From positions 2,108,001-2,172,000 of the forward strand of contig NW_026515668.1 of NCBI RefSeq assembly GCF_025526975.1: a stretch of DNA of 64,000 bases, read 5' to 3'. Positions 29,597 to 42,820 of the stretch are shown piece after piece. How positions within the stretch are numbered: the first letter of the stretch is position 1; each line of letters starts with the position of its first letter. The notes below the pieces were generated by a model that saw only the letters and a list, made by a program, of their open reading frames with translations, did not search any database and had not been told where the DNA came from. The stretch is from Fimicolochytrium jonesii. Lineage: Eukaryota. Both the position numbers and the translations under genes were made by a program.

Positions 29597-30889
29597 ATGG
29601 TCAACCTGTCCGCCATAACAAGGGACATCAAGTTCCTGCTCACTGTCGCTTTCGCTGTGGTATGTCCACCACATAACTCCCTTTGCAAACCCACACAGCT
29701 ACACTGCGAAACACACTGATGTATTCTAACTGTTCATGTTAGCTCGGCTGGCTCCTCACATTCATCGGTCTGTGTGTGATTGAGTCAGATGCCGGAGGAA
29801 TCTCAGGGCTCTGGTTTCATCTGTTTTTCGTCTTTTTCACCATTGTCGCCGTCATTACGAGTGTTGTCACGGGGAGTGTGCTCAATTATCGTACTTGTGT
29901 AGGTACCCGAGCGGTGGGGTGGGTGTACGGGAATGGAGGGAGTACGCGACGAGCGAAGCGAGGCGCAGGAATGCTTTGAGGCAGGCGAGCCCTAGCAAAG
30001 CGATGGCGAGCCCACGCGGAGCGAGTTCATTGCGCAAAAGGCGCAGGAGCCCTAGCCACGGCTCTTAGCGAGCCTACCCACCCATGACTTCAATCATTCA
30101 ATCGTCCATCATCCATCCCTCATCAATCGCTTCGCGGACTCGAACACACGCACACACACACTCATCCCACCCTCCCTTTTTTGTAGCTGGTAGCATTACT
30201 CGCCATCTCCTTCGTCTACATCTCCGACGACCTCAACGTGACCCTTCACGAAACCAACCCCATCCTCCCCCACAAACTACGCGACGGCGTGCGCCTCACC
30301 TCCGCCGGCCTCTTCTTCCTCTCCTTCGCCATCCTCCCCTGGATCATCTTCTTCGGATCTTCGGAAGAAGCCGCGGTCAACACGCTGGTCAACAGGGAGG
30401 GCACGTTGCGGTTGCCGTCGTTTAGGAATGTCAATGGAGGCCAGCCGGCGGGAAATCAGAGTGGGCCGGCGCCGTATGCGGTTGATTCGACGACGAATTT
30501 GTCTGGTGCGACGGCGGTGAATGGAGGGAATAGGGAATCGAAGTTGCCGGCTATGCCTGTGGGCGGCATCGTCGCGGCGGGGGCTGGGGCGCAGAATCAG
30601 AAGGCTGTTGCCTTGTTTCCATGTGAGTCGGAGGAGAGCGAGGGGTGCTGGGGGCTCTTGCGAGCGAGACGAGCCCGTCTTGTCTCTTCGTTCCCGTTTC
30701 TCTATTTCACTCACCCTCCCATCTCATCCACAAATTCCAGACGAAGCAAACCCAGAAGACCCCTCAGAACTCTCCTTTGTAAAAGGCGACCAATTCGACA
30801 TTGTCAACAACCAAGGCAAATGGTGGCAGGTCCGGAAATCCGACGGTACGGTCGGGATTGCGCCGTCGAATTATTTGCAGCTTCAATAA
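29597..30889 (+). CDS. SHO1: Transmembrane osmosensor with C-terminal SH3 domain
   Basis: Four TM helices and SH3 ALFPYEANPEDPSELSFVKG...GKWWQVRKSDGTVGIAPSNYL. Exons 29597-29659, 29743-29898, 30187-30622, 30741-30889. Confidence 0.92.
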
Positions 30890-31486
30890 AAAAAAAACGC
30901 TCGAGTCATCATACCTCGGAATTCGCATACCACCCCCGCAAGCGTTGAGATGAAACCCACCGCACGCACACATCCAGCCCCACCCCTGCAACCCCCACAT
31001 AACACTAGGTATCACCTAGTCTAGACGAAACACAACCAATATCCTTATTGTCCATCCCACCCCGCCTAATGATTATTCAGCAAGAGCATGGAAGTATAAA
31101 CCTGTTTAATGTCCCCAAGTTTTTTTTTGTTACGTGGAAAGGAGGGAATGGAAACTGGTTTATCGTTTACGCTCGGACTTGGCTACGTCGTCGGAGGGAG
31201 TCAGCGGTGAATTCGCAGGGGCGAGGCGTTGATGAGACTCCCTGAAGCCTGGTGGTCTCAAGAGCCTAGCTGTGAGCAGACGAACGCAAGAGCAGCGTTG
31301 AATATGAGGTGGTGCCAACCCCCGGAAGGGACGTATCGGGGACATACAGTATGTGAGGAACAGAGTGGGAATGAATCGGAAGGGAAAAGGACGCGCAACG
31401 AACGCGTTTCCTCACCCTCCAACCGAATATTCACCACCCAGTCCTCTCCACTTCCATCACCAACTTTTTCGTCTCACGCAAAAACA

Positions 31487-32542
31487 ATGTCATCCCACAC
31501 CGACGAAATAACCTCTCTCCGCCGCAAAACAGCATCGCTCATCACGTCCCTCCAACAGGCCAGGAAGAAACGTGTCAGAGACCCGTTGGTGGAATTGCGG
31601 CCGATATGTGAACAGGATGACAACAACGCCTTGGATGTGAGGGAGCATCTTGGGAGAGATTCGACGACCCGCAACAACTCGAGAGGGGTGGGGAGTGGAA
31701 AGAGGGGTGAGGTGGTGGGAAAGGAGAGCGGGACGCTAGTCCTTCCGCGATCGTTGTCGACGACCAAGGTTCATCCGCCAACGACGCATAACCACCCGCC
31801 AGCGACCAAATTGTCTCACCCCGCCTCCTCCATCCGCTTCTCGCCGAGTCTACCTACCCCCAAACGCCCAACGACATCATCCACCCGCCACAAACCCACC
31901 CCCACAACGTCGTCGTCGATACATCAATCCCTCGCTCAATCCTCCCGCACCGCCCACACCCTCCTCTCCACCGCCGACGACACCTACCTCAACATCATCG
32001 ACCTCTTCCGCCGCTCCGACCCGGACTGTTATTTCGCTGACCCCCCGAAACGCGTGAGGGCGTACGACTGGCATACACTCCACGACGCGGATCCCCCTGT
32101 TGATGATCACACCTTGGACGCGGGGGTGAGGGTGGATGCCGGTGGCGGGACGGAGGCGGGGGTCTACACCACGGGCGTGTTCCGGGTGGATAAACGGTTA
32201 CACCCACACCCGGTGGACATCCCCTACATCCACCTCCCGGGTCTCGATCCCTGCGTCCCAGCAGACGGCGCCCCCGACGCAGCCCCCGTGAAAGTCAGCC
32301 TCCCGCGTCGCTACGTGCCCCCGGACGCGTTCGCATCCCAGCACATATACACCCCGCACACGTTTGCGACCCTCCCGTCGGGGGATAGCATCGACATCCG
32401 CGACCATCTGTTGAAGGGCGGGAACCATTACCTGTGGGTGTTGCGGCAGAGACGCATACGGCCCGATCGGGCGCACGTGTTGGACGCTGCCATTCGTCGC
32501 AGTATGCGGAGCCCGGAGACCGCACAAGCGGTCATGCCCTGA
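31487..32542 (+). CDS. Hypothetical protein (3' end uncertain)
   Basis: ORF from aaaacaATG (MSSHTDEITSLRRK...) with host-like composition. No family recognised. Confidence 0.45.
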   Translation: MSSHTDEITSLRRKTASLITSLQQARKKRVRDPLVELRPICEQDDNNALDVREHLGRDSTTRNNSRGVGSGKRGEVVGKESGTLVLPRSLSTTKVHPPTTHNHPPATKLSHPASSIRFSPSLPTPKRPTTSSTRHKPTPTTSSSIHQSLAQSSRTAHTLLSTADDTYLNIIDLFRRSDPDCYFADPPKRVRAYDWHTLHDADPPVDDHTLDAGVRVDAGGGTEAGVYTTGVFRVDKRLHPHPVDIPYIHLPGLDPCVPADGAPDAAPVKVSLPRRYVPPDAFASQHIYTPHTFATLPSGDSIDIRDHLLKGGNHYLWVLRQRRIRPDRAHVLDAAIRRSMRSPETAQAVMP

Positions 32543-33326
32543 GGACACCAGCACCCCATTCTCGCCGGTCTCCTACATCTACCCCCCGAATCGCGAGCAC
32601 ACCATCCAAGGGATCCCAGCCATAGCGGACCGTCAAAGCTGTCCTCCTCTCAAAAAAAAAGGGAAAGCGTGGACCCGATGACCCCCTCCCGTCTCGTCGA
32701 ACACATCGGACGCGGACAACTCAAGCGCATACACTGGCCGCAAGTCTCTACTGGAACATATGGACAACGGAGAAATGGGGTAGGGACATATCGTCGGCGC
32801 CCATGGATTGCGCCCTTGGAAGCATCAACGTGGGCTTTCCACGACGGAAGCTGCCGGAGAGCGATGGCGATGTCGTGCGCGTTGGCCGATATAGGTCCGG
32901 ACAAAGATTGGACCTGCTCCCAAAGTTGTGGGGTGTAAGTCAACCCCGCCGACTGTTTGGGGACATCGGTTGCTGTAATGCTCTGGTTGACAACCGCTCT
33001 CCCATGGGACGCGGGTGCCGCGCCGAGAAGCGCACAGGAGGTGTTTTAGTTCAAAAGGGTCAGGTCAGGGACGGAGGGGGGATTAACATCACATCCGCAG
33101 GCATCAAGGGCATCTATGACGAGATGCGGTCTCGTCATGTGCCTGGCAAAACCTGCACTCCCCGGCGTTTTTCGCGGTGCATGGAATCTATTCTACAATA
33201 CAATTCTGGGTCAAACCTAGACTACACCTCGCACTACACATGCACACACTTGGTGAGGACTCACCCACCCGGGCCCACCACGCACGGGCTGTCACCCACC
33301 CCCCCCCCCCCCCCCCCCCCCCCCAT

Positions 33327-34581
33327 TCACGCGACAAAATTCCGACGATTCAACGCCATCCCCTTCAACCCCCTGATCTCGCTCTTCGTATCCGCCACCG
33401 CCTTCGTTAACCTCGCCGTCGCCTCCCCCGCCCCTCCCATTCCTCCTCCAAACGCGTAAAACCCGGCCATCCCCGGCGGGACATGGATTTCGGTTGTGAT
33501 GTCTTGCGCGAGGGCGCGGGTGGATGCGCGGAGGGATTCGAGTGGCGTTGGAGAAGCGGAGGGATCGGTCCGGGGGGAGAGGAGGGTGAGGGTGGATTGC
33601 AGGCGGGAGAGGGATGCTGTAGTCTTGGTTATGTGGGTGCGGATTGTGGATGCGAGGGTGGTTGTGGGGTCGGCTTTGGTGAGCAGGTCTGCCAATGTAG
33701 GTTCGGAGTCCGGCTCGGATGCAGGTGGTGGTGAAGGCAAGGTAGGAGCCGCAGGTGTTGTGTATAGGCCAGCAAAAGCGACAAACTTCTCTAGAAAAGC
33801 GGTGATCATCGTCTGCCGTTGGTGCTGGAACTCCGCGTACGTCGTTTGGAAACGGGTGTAGGTTGGGAGGAGGTAGTGCTAAGGCGAACTCAGCGTTAAG
33901 TTTTGTCATCCCCGCCCGGCTATCCACCCCCATGTGTCCTTTATTCCTCCAACTCACCTTGACGATCCTCGCAACCCCAATCGCAGCGCCCCCACTCAAC
34001 AACACCACCAAAAGCACATTCTTTGCCACTTCCGCCCAACTCCTCCCGCGGTGCTGTATCGCGGACATGTGCGGTATTTGGGCGGGACGTCCGTATGAAT
34101 CCACCGCAACACCGGCCCGGTTAACGGCAACCCCAATCTCCCCCTCACTCATGCCCTTTCCTCGCAAAAACGCCGCTTTGCTTTCCCATGATGCGTCACG
34201 CACGGATGGGGAGGTTAGGAAGTTTATGGCTTGGGTTATTGCGTCTTCTCGATTTGCGGCCGGCGGTGATTGTGTTTGCGATTGGGACGAAACTTGAGGG
34301 AGCGGTGTGGGCGGAAGGGGAGCCGGAGGCAGAGCGGCGGCAGCGGCTTTCTGGCGAGCGAGCAGTTCTTCTTTTATCTTTTCACGTTGTGTGGGTGTTA
34401 ATGCGAACGGCGGTGGCGAGGGATTTGCCGCGGCCGATTGTTGTTGTCGTTGTTGTGATGGTTGGGTCGGGGTTGCGGCGGAGGCCTTGGTCGCGGGTGG
34501 GCTGCTGGACGGGGTGGACAGCAGGGATGCTGGGACAGCGGAGGGTGATGGAGGAGGGTTGGGGGTGTCGTCTTCTGGCAT
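33327..34581 (-). CDS. PEX14: Peroxisomal membrane docking protein Pex14
   Basis: Pex14_N REDAITQAINFLTSPSVRDASWESKAAFLRGKGMSEGEI, a TM segment, a coiled coil ending KSEIRGLKGMALNRRNF, and one intron near 33870-33958. Confidence 0.92.
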
Positions 34582-34846
34582 GGTTGATCGTCGGTCACTT
34601 CCCATTCCCTCGCTGATTCCTACATGTACTTGATTCCTACTTTCGGGCCCCATTCGACGCGGACCGGAATCTCCGGAATCTTGCAACATCGCCAACCCAC
34701 ATGAGATCTCACCACACACAATATTGCCAACCTGTGTGCAAAGTGTATAAACAGGTGGTTTCTCGACAATCAACTAAGCCATACACATCCCGGTTCACCA
34801 TCCTGGCGCAAAACTCCCTCCCTTCCCCTTCCCAAAACGTAACAAA

Positions 34847-36758
34847 ATGCCATCCACATCCTCCATCCTCCCCACCCTATCAACCACTCCGCAAATCCAC
34901 CGCATCCCCCACCTAACGACCCAACCCGACTTTGCCACCGACCTGCACGCCGCTTACCACCCCTCTTCCCAGCCCCCGCAACCTTTTTGGCTTTCTCTCT
35001 ATAATTATGATGGGAAGGACAGCGTGCATGCCAAGATCACGCCACGCGCCGGGGGTGGGTTGGAGGTGGATGTCGAGGGTGTGCAGGTTGAAGGGCGGGG
35101 TGAGGTTTGTAAGGAGGAAATGACGAGGAAAATGAGATGGAAGTGATGATACTTATGTGTACTTTCGGGCGCGCAGACTTCATTTTGGCTTCTCCATCCC
35201 GACGGGACACGCACGCTGTTCCTGGCGCCTGTGCGGCAGTACGAAGGGCTCACACCGGTACGTGGAGATGTCATCGAAGCAATTTGCAACAACGACCCCC
35301 CGAGCATATTAACGCCAAACGCAAATCAGACAACAACATTATCCATCTCCCCCACGCGCAGCCACCTCCTCCTCGGCTCTACCGACGGGCGTCTCCAGAT
35401 AGTTGATGCGGCGGACGGGACGTTGAGGAGGGAGTTAAAGGGGCATGTGGGGGATGTGACGAGTGCGAGGTTCTTTCCTAGCGGGGTAGTCGTTTTGAGC
35501 GGGGCGATGGATATGCGCGTTAGGATTTGGGGAATGGATGGGGCGTGTGCGGCGGTGCTGGAGGGGCATGGGGGACGTGAGTACTCGAGTTTGGGATGTG
35601 GGTGGTTGGAATGGAAAACGGCCTAGGGGCACGGGGGCATCCGTCATTAGGAGTGCTGATTCCTCTTTGTTTCTCGCTCCCGCCAATCATAAGGAATCAC
35701 GGACACGGCGATCGTCGAGCGAGGCCGCAACATTCTAAGTGAGTTTGCACGGAACAGTGGTCCCTGTTTTGCCACCTGGGGACTCACGTAACATCCCACC
35801 GAATTACACCCCCTTCATCAAAGCATCCTCACAGGACGGCACAATCCGCCTCTGGGACTGCGGATCCGCGCGCGTCCTCGCCAAAATCGCACCGGGAGCG
35901 GGCGGGATCAATCAGATGTCGCTGGGGGTGGAGGTGGTGAACGCGGATGGGGAGGTGGTGGATGGTGTGGGCGGTGCAGAGATCGACCCAGCAGAGACGG
36001 GAACAGACAACAAGCTCCTCTTTGCAGTGACTGAGAACGGAAGCCTGCTCGTAAGTCCTTTGCCCCACACATTCCTCTCTCCCCTCGTCTCACCCCGCCC
36101 ATCCCATCAGGGCTACAACCTCCGCACCCGCTTCCTGATCTTCTCCGCCCATTCCCCAACCTCCGCATCCCTAACATCCGTACACTACTCCCCCGAAACC
36201 CACTGTGTCGCAGCAGGCGCCGCGGACGGCGTTGTCGTGGTTTGGGATGTGCGGGAACCTAGGTGAGAAAAAATGATTCCGCCTCACGGTCTTCACACGT
36301 GACGCGTGATTGATCGCCTTGTATTGCATGACAGCACACCCATAACAGCCTTCAAACGCAACGAGGCGGCGATCACGCATGTGCGGATCCTGGGGCCCCC
36401 GTCGTCGTCGTCGATACCCTCGGACGAAATCGTGCTTGTCGTCGCTACAGGTAAGTGGGGGGTGTGATCCCCTCTCCCGTTTGCGTTCTCACATCCGTCG
36501 CACTCATCGCATTTCATACACGCACCCTCTCGGTGATTATAAACAAACACAGGCGACGGCACCCTCTCAACCCTCTCCATCCCACTCACGGGTTCCGGCG
36601 CCCTCCCGCCGCGGATCGTGACCGAGTATGTTGGCGCGGACGTTGACCCGCTGTATGCGTTTGATGTAGCGGCAGGCGGGGCGGAGGAGACGGAGGTGGT
36701 TGCGGCGGGGAGGGATGGGGTTGTTAGGTTTTATGCGGGTGTGAGTTGGGAAGAGTGA
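34847..36758 (+). CDS. WD40 protein, proteasomal ATPase-associated factor 1 (PAAF1/Rpn14-like)
   Basis: TQPDF..DL..FWLSLY N-terminus, LKGHVGDVTSARFFPSGVVVLSGAMDMRVRIW, RGRNIL, SSQDGTIRLWDCGS. Multi-exon. Confidence 0.8.
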
Positions 36759-37031
36759 GAATGGATGCGGCGGTAGGGTGGGTTGTGTGGGAGCGTCCCT
36801 TGCCGGTGCTTCTTCCTTTCCTTTCCTTTTTTAATTCGAGGGTGGGGAAGGCGACGTAGCAAACATCCATTCGTGTGGGCGACCGTCCATAGTCCGATGA
36901 TGTTATGATAATGATATGCAACAAAAATAAATAACAACCTCGAGGGGGGCTCACAACGCCTACAAATGCTATCCTCCTCGGTCTTCCCCCACCTCCTACG
37001 CTCTTCACAAACTCCCGCCACGCCACCCTCT

Positions 37032-39410
37032 CTACTGCCCACCCCTCTTCCTCTTCCCCGCCCACTCCTTCCTACTCTGACTCCTACTCTTCGGCGCCTG
37101 GTTCGGATCAACAACCTTCCCGACATCCGACACATCCACCTCGATCTCCTGTCCGGCTTTGAGGCGTTCCAGGGCGGCTTTTTTGGCGGCTTGGCGGGAT
37201 GCGCGGGTTGTTGGGGCTGGTGGTGGTGTTGTTGTTGATGCGTCGTCTTTTGTTGTTGGTGCAGGGGCAGGAGTGGCAGCCTCGACAGAGACCGGGGTGG
37301 ATGATGCAGACGAGACTTTGATCCCCTTGGATTTCAACCGCCTGATCTCGGCTTGCCTGATATACTGCACGTCCTCCGTCTCATCAAACGCCAGACTTTC
37401 CGCAGTCGAAGCAGCTACCGTCTTCTTCCCCTTCCGTTGCTTCTCAGACCCGTCAGCATCCGTGGCAGCCGCCGCGGCAGCAGCTGCCGCCGCCTTATCC
37501 TCTGCAATCTTCTTCGGGTCCATGCTCTTCATCCCGGGGAACTTATTCGACGTCTTCTTCAATTTCGCGACAAAGAACCCGTCCATGTTCTGCGTGTGCG
37601 GGTAGTACCTCCTCGTGAGGTTCATAGACTGGTGGAACGTTTTTCCGCGGAAGGAGGTGAACCCCTCGCGTCCGAAATCGAGGCTGGAGGGTACGAGTTT
37701 CACATTGGGCCGTTTCTTCAGGGCATATTCCACAACTTCCTCGTTCTCCTCGACTGTGACGGAACAGGTGGAGTAGACGAGGTATCCGCCCGTCTTTGAT
37801 GTGGCGTCGATGGAGTCAATGGCGGCGAGGATGAGTTCTTTCTGGATGTGGGTGAGGAGGCGGAAATCTTCGTCTGATTTGTTGATTTTGACGGAGGGGT
37901 CCTTGGAGATGACTCCCGTGCCGGAGCAGGGCGCGTCGAGGAGGATACGGTCGAACCCGCCGATTACGTGCGGGAACTCGCGGCCGTCGTGGTGGGAGAC
38001 GACGGTGTTTTTGACGCCAAGGCGATGGCAGTTTGCGATAAGGGATTTGAGGCGGTCCTTGTTGGCGTCGTTGGCGAAGAGGCAGCCGGTGTTTTTCTGG
38101 AGGGCGGCGATGTAGGTGGTTTTGCCTCCCGGAGCCGCGCACATGTCGAGGATGCGTTCGTGTTCTTGCGGGGCGAGGGACATGACGGGGAGGAAGGAGG
38201 AGGCGGCTTGCAGCATGTAGTGGCCGGCAAGGTATTCGGGCGTGGCTCCGATAGGGACTGAAGAGTCGAATATCTGCAGACCGACTTTGGACCACTTGCC
38301 GACTGCCTCGAGGTTGACGCCGCGGTTGATCAGCGCCTGCGCCAGATCTCTGCGGCGGGTCTTGAGGGTGTTGGTGCGGATGACCACGGGGCGGGGCACC
38401 TCGTTGGCCTCGAAGAACTCGATGGCTTCGGAGATGGGGAACAGGTGGAACAGCTTCTCCAGCAGGAAATCGTTGTACCCGTAGTAGGTGGCGAGATCCT
38501 TAATCAGCTGGTCGACGTATTCCGCTCGCGAGCGCTCGGGGTCGCGCAGTTCCTTGAAGTTGTTGAGCACACGGATGATTTCCTGGATACGCGTTTGCAC
38601 GAGGGAGACGTCCTCGGTAACCTGGGTGTCGCGCTCGACCTCCTGACCGGACGGCAGCACGAATTTCTCGCGCTGGGCGATGTTGGTTTGCATTTCTTCG
38701 TCGCCCATGCGTGCGTCCTCGGCGGCTTGCGCGTCGAGCATCCGTGCCTCCTTTTCGACCTCCAGCTCTTCTTCATCCGCGTCGCTGTCGTCGTCAGACC
38801 CGAATGCCATGGCTACAGGCTCGCCCTTTTCGCCCTCCTCGTCATCGTCTGACATGCCATCGAACTCATCATCCTGCAAAAAGAAAGCCAAATCTGAAGT
38901 GAGTCCCTTGTGCGCGACAGCAGGCCCACACGACGAGAAGTCGAAAATACCCACCATCATGCCCTCATTGTCATCATCATCCAACTCCGCACCATCCCAC
39001 AGATCCTCTCCAACCTCCTCGCTATCAGACCCAGCGGCACTATCATAAACCTCCTCATTCTCCACGTCACTTCCCTCCTCCTCAACAGGCGCCGCCTTCG
39101 CCGTAGTAGTCGCCTTCCCATTCGCGCCCTTCAACTTCTTCGTCGACGGCGCTTCAAGAACCTCCTCTTCACTCACAGCCTCCTCCTCCTCCTCCGCCTG
39201 TCGCTTGCCCTTCTTTCCGTTCGCCGCGGAGGGTGACTGCTTCCCAAATGGCTTGTTGTTGGCATTCTTCTTGCCTCCCTTTTTCCCGCCTTTCTTTCCG
39301 CCGTCCTTGTTGCCGCCGACAGGCACGCCTTGGATGCGGGCGACTGTGTTTTCGCTCAGGGCTGCAGGGCCCCGCTGTTGTTTCTTGGCTTGACGGCCTC
39401 GACTTCCCAT
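37032..39410 (-). CDS. NOP2: 25S rRNA (cytosine-C5) methyltransferase Nop2/NSUN1
   Basis: GATPEYLAGHYMLQ, ILDMCAAPGGKT, FDRILLDAPCSGTG, LVYSTCS, NMDGFFVAKLKK. One probable in-frame intron near 38875-38952. Confidence 0.96.
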   Translation of the reverse strand: MGSRGRQAKKQQRGPAALSENTVARIQGVPVGGNKDGGKKGGKKGGKKNANNKPFGKQSPSAANGKKGKRQAEEEEEAVSEEEVLEAPSTKKLKGANGKATTTAKAAPVEEEGSDVENEEVYDSAAGSDSEEVGEDLWDGAELDDDDNEGMMVGIFDFSSCGPAVAHKGLTSDLAFFLQDDEFDGMSDDDEEGEKGEPVAMAFGSDDDSDADEEELEVEKEARMLDAQAAEDARMGDEEMQTNIAQREKFVLPSGQEVERDTQVTEDVSLVQTRIQEIIRVLNNFKELRDPERSRAEYVDQLIKDLATYYGYNDFLLEKLFHLFPISEAIEFFEANEVPRPVVIRTNTLKTRRRDLAQALINRGVNLEAVGKWSKVGLQIFDSSVPIGATPEYLAGHYMLQAASSFLPVMSLAPQEHERILDMCAAPGGKTTYIAALQKNTGCLFANDANKDRLKSLIANCHRLGVKNTVVSHHDGREFPHVIGGFDRILLDAPCSGTGVISKDPSVKINKSDEDFRLLTHIQKELILAAIDSIDATSKTGGYLVYSTCSVTVEENEEVVEYALKKRPNVKLVPSSLDFGREGFTSFRGKTFHQSMNLTRRYYPHTQNMDGFFVAKLKKTSNKFPGMKSMDPKKIAEDKAAAAAAAAAATDADGSEKQRKGKKTVAASTAESLAFDETEDVQYIRQAEIRRLKSKGIKVSSASSTPVSVEAATPAPAPTTKDDASTTTPPPAPTTRASRQAAKKAALERLKAGQEIEVDVSDVGKVVDPNQAPKSRSQSRKEWAGKRKRGGQ

Positions 39411-39835
39411 TTCTGCGACGGTTTTCTAGTTTCAGGTTTTCGATACTGGTGGAGTTAGAGGGGCTCTCTAAAGTCGGGTTAAGCTAATGAGCTATGAAAC
39501 AGTAGCGGCCCTCGTATTACAGAGACTGAGTAATTTCCCGAGGTCCTTCTTCGAAACCTTCAGAAATGCGGCAAGAGTCGGACGTTGGCTTTCCAATGGG
39601 CCTCGCTTGCACACAAAACGAGGAAAGGAAACTGGGGTGAATGCTCCACGCGATTATATTCAGGAATCGGGCGCGTCACGCTCGCTCACGTGATCGATTC
39701 GATGCTACATCGCAAGGAAAGGCTACGGAAAGAGGCCCATATCCACTTCCCTCCTTTCCCAAATTGCCTCATGCCACAAGCACTCTCCTCACGCCCCCAG
39801 ATACCCTGCCCCCAGGTAGTGCGAGAGTGGTCCCG

Positions 39836-40871
39836 CTAGTGAACCCTCTGCAAAATCTCCACGAGCCGTTTGGCGCCCAGCACCCATTTCCCCTCCTGCT
39901 CGAACGCGGTGGTCATGAGCGAGGTGACGAGGGCGGTCGCGGAGGTGTAGTCGCGGTTCGTCAATGCTGCGTGTGGCAAATGAGGGATGTGAGCGAGAAA
40001 CAAAAAGACAGGGAGAGTTAAAGGAAGGGTGGGCGACCTCTTACCGGTGGCGAGCTCAACTGTGAGGGTCAGATTATGCGGTGCGATCTGGTCTGAACTG
40101 ATACGCTCGTACAGGTTCTCCATGCGTTTAGTCGAGTCTTCCAAAATGCGGCGTTGTGATGCCTTTCAAGCACATAACGTAAAAAGTCAGCCCAATCAAC
40201 CCCATCTAGCCCTCTCCACCATCCCAGAGGTGCATATATATACTCACATCAACAACCCCCTTGGCCCGATCCAATTCCGCCGTAAAGATCCTCACCACAT
40301 AGGCCTTGGGATCGCCCACACTCGGATTCACTCCGCCGGCAGCTGCAGCAGCAGGAACAGGCGTCGCGGTCCCGCTCCCCGCGCCCGACCCTGTCCCGAC
40401 ACTCCCCGGCCCGCCCTTCTTCTTCCCCGCGATCCCAGAGAGCAGGTGGGAGGGGATATCGTTCCACCCGTTTAGGCCGGCGACGTGGCCTTGGTAGTTG
40501 CCGGCGGGTGGGGGCGTGTTGCGGAGATGGGCGGGGTAGGCGGAGTACGCTTGTTGTGGTGGGCCGGCGGGGTGGGATGGGGCGTAGGGCTGTTGTGGGA
40601 GGTGTTGTTGCTGCTGGTATTGCTGTTGTTGCTGGTATTGTTGGTTCGGGTCGTGAGGGTGTGATGGGTACGATCCCTCTGGCGCGGGAGTCATCATCGG
40701 CGGCGGGGTGCCGTAGCCCGAGGCCGGCGGCGGAGTGCCAAAGCGGCCGGCGTAGGGTTGGGCGAGAGAGTGCGCATGGGCGATGTAGGGTGGGGAGTCG
40801 GCGGCGAGAGAGGACGGGTGGGCGAGGTGTTCTGTTGTTTGTGGGTGCGTGGGGTACGGGTGGACTGTCAT
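39836..40871 (-). CDS. Proline-rich protein with C-terminal SRA1/Sec31-type helical domain
   Basis: GWNDIP motif, then RILEDSTKRMENLYERI...ALTNRDYTSATALVTSLMTTAFEQEGKWVLGAKRLV. Two introns. Confidence 0.75.
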
Positions 40872-41168
40872 GGTTGCCGATTTAGGGCGCGAGGCCGAGG
40901 ACGGTTCTCTGTGTGTATTCTGAATGTGGTGGCGGTAGATGCCGATGCTGTTTGGAGGTTGGGGATGAGTGGGTGGGAGCGCCGGGGTGGAAGTTGGATA
41001 GAGATGGAGAGTGGTGGAGAGCAAGATGGCCGCAACCCACGCGGATTCACACTTCTCGTGCTCATCACACAACACACATCACACAGCACCATCTTCCTTC
41101 GTTGGCCACCGTAATCACCTTCGCACTACTGCTCACCCTCGAGTGTCAAGACCCATAAACCCGCCACC

Positions 41169-41608
41169 ATGTTCGCCCGGATAGCCCGTGAGCACCACCA
41201 AAAGCAAGCCGCCGACAAGCTCACCACCGGTAACCCCCCCTCCCCCTCCCCATCCGCATGCCTCGCCCCACCCCCCCTCTCACACCCCTCCTCCCCTTAG
41301 ACCACCTCCATAAAGACGCCACGACTTCCACAACCCACCTAACCGATTCCCTCGCGGACTCGCTAAATCTCCGCATCGCCCTCGCCTTCAAAACCGAACG
41401 CGACATCGAAGCCGAGTCCAAACGCCTCGCGGCCGCCATCGGGACCTATGAGCGGCAGACGCGGGCGTGGATCGCGATCGTGGGGGAGTTCAATGACGCG
41501 TTGAAGGAGTTGGGCGATATCGGGAGCTGGGCGGGCGCGGTGGAGAGGGATTTGAGGGATACGTGTGAGGTTGTTGAGAGGGCCGCTGCGGCAGGGGGGA
41601 GGGGGTGA
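41169..41608 (+). CDS. BLOC1S1: BLOC-1 subunit 1 (BLOS1/GCN5L1)
   Basis: MFARIAREHHQKQ...SLNLRIALAF..ERDIEAESKRL...WIAIVGEFNDALKELGDIGSWAGAVERD. One intron. Confidence 0.88.
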
Positions 41609-42820
41609 TGTGGAGACGGAAGGGGAGATTGATGAATCGATGTGTGGATATGAAACTTGGATGCCAGTCCCGGTCTCTGACGTTCGGACCGCGCGAGGGA
41701 TACAAATGCCGATCCTCTGGCCTCGATTGGGGCAAGGGCATTCGTACTCCTGCTGACGGAACCCCCGACGATGGGGCGATCCTCCGCTGTTGACATGCTT
41801 CATCGCGAAAACCGACGCTGATCAGAGGCTTCTAGTTTTTGGGGACAAGGGCCATCAAAGAGGGGGAAGAACGAGGGCCGAATTGGAGTAGTAGATATCA
41901 TTGCCCTTCGCACAGCGACATAGGTGTGATCTAGGTCTAGCGCGGCCGGCTCCTGGCGCGGCGTACATCTACACCGACTGTACCTTTTTTTTTGGGGGGG
42001 GGGGGGGGGGGGAAGAGGGGGGGGGGGGGGGGGGCCTGCATATGGCTCCATTTTGTGGGACGGACCCAGCCATGGCTTTCGGATGTGCGGACCAGACTAT
42101 CTATTCTTGCAATAAAGACGTCTTTGATACGTGGGCGGTTTGCAGAGGCCCTTGATCCTGAAGGTGCAATGCGGAAAGTCTGTAAACGGACCGATTATTA
42201 GCACGATGTGGCCGGTTTCTTCCCACGTCCCCTTGTTGAGGAACCGAAATCCATAAAAACTCCTATGGTATGCCGCTTCCGCCCTGCAAATCGTATCGGC
42301 GTTCGATGATGAGGAGGGTGGGTATATTGTATGTATGTATGTATGTATGTATGTATGTACACGGCGCTAATGGTATCCTATCTCGGGTGTAATCAGATGG
42401 TGCATGTGCAGACACCGTTTGGAGAAATTGATACGATTGGTTGATGGGGGGGTCGGAGAGCAAGCGGTGACCAATTCGTCCCGGACCTAGAGAAGGATAT
42501 CTGACGGGTGAAATTGGGCCAGGCCCGTCCCCCCAATTGTCTGGCTTGACGGGGGACACACCCACGGGTTCTCGCGAGGTGTTCTGCTCTGTCGCCTGGT
42601 GGCTGGTCCAGGCGATCCCTCAGGAGGCGCATCAAGGATGCTAGACATTTTAAGTGCAGCCGGGTCTGTTGACGCATTTTACGACCGGCCCGATAAGAGC
42701 AGGACCGGGTGGAACCCAGCCTGTTGAAATTGTGAGAGGGGTGGTAGTAGCGGTATGCCCGCCGCGCACCCGATCCTCACCCTGCGCGACGCGGGATGCC
42801 ATGAAGAAACCGTGTGTTCT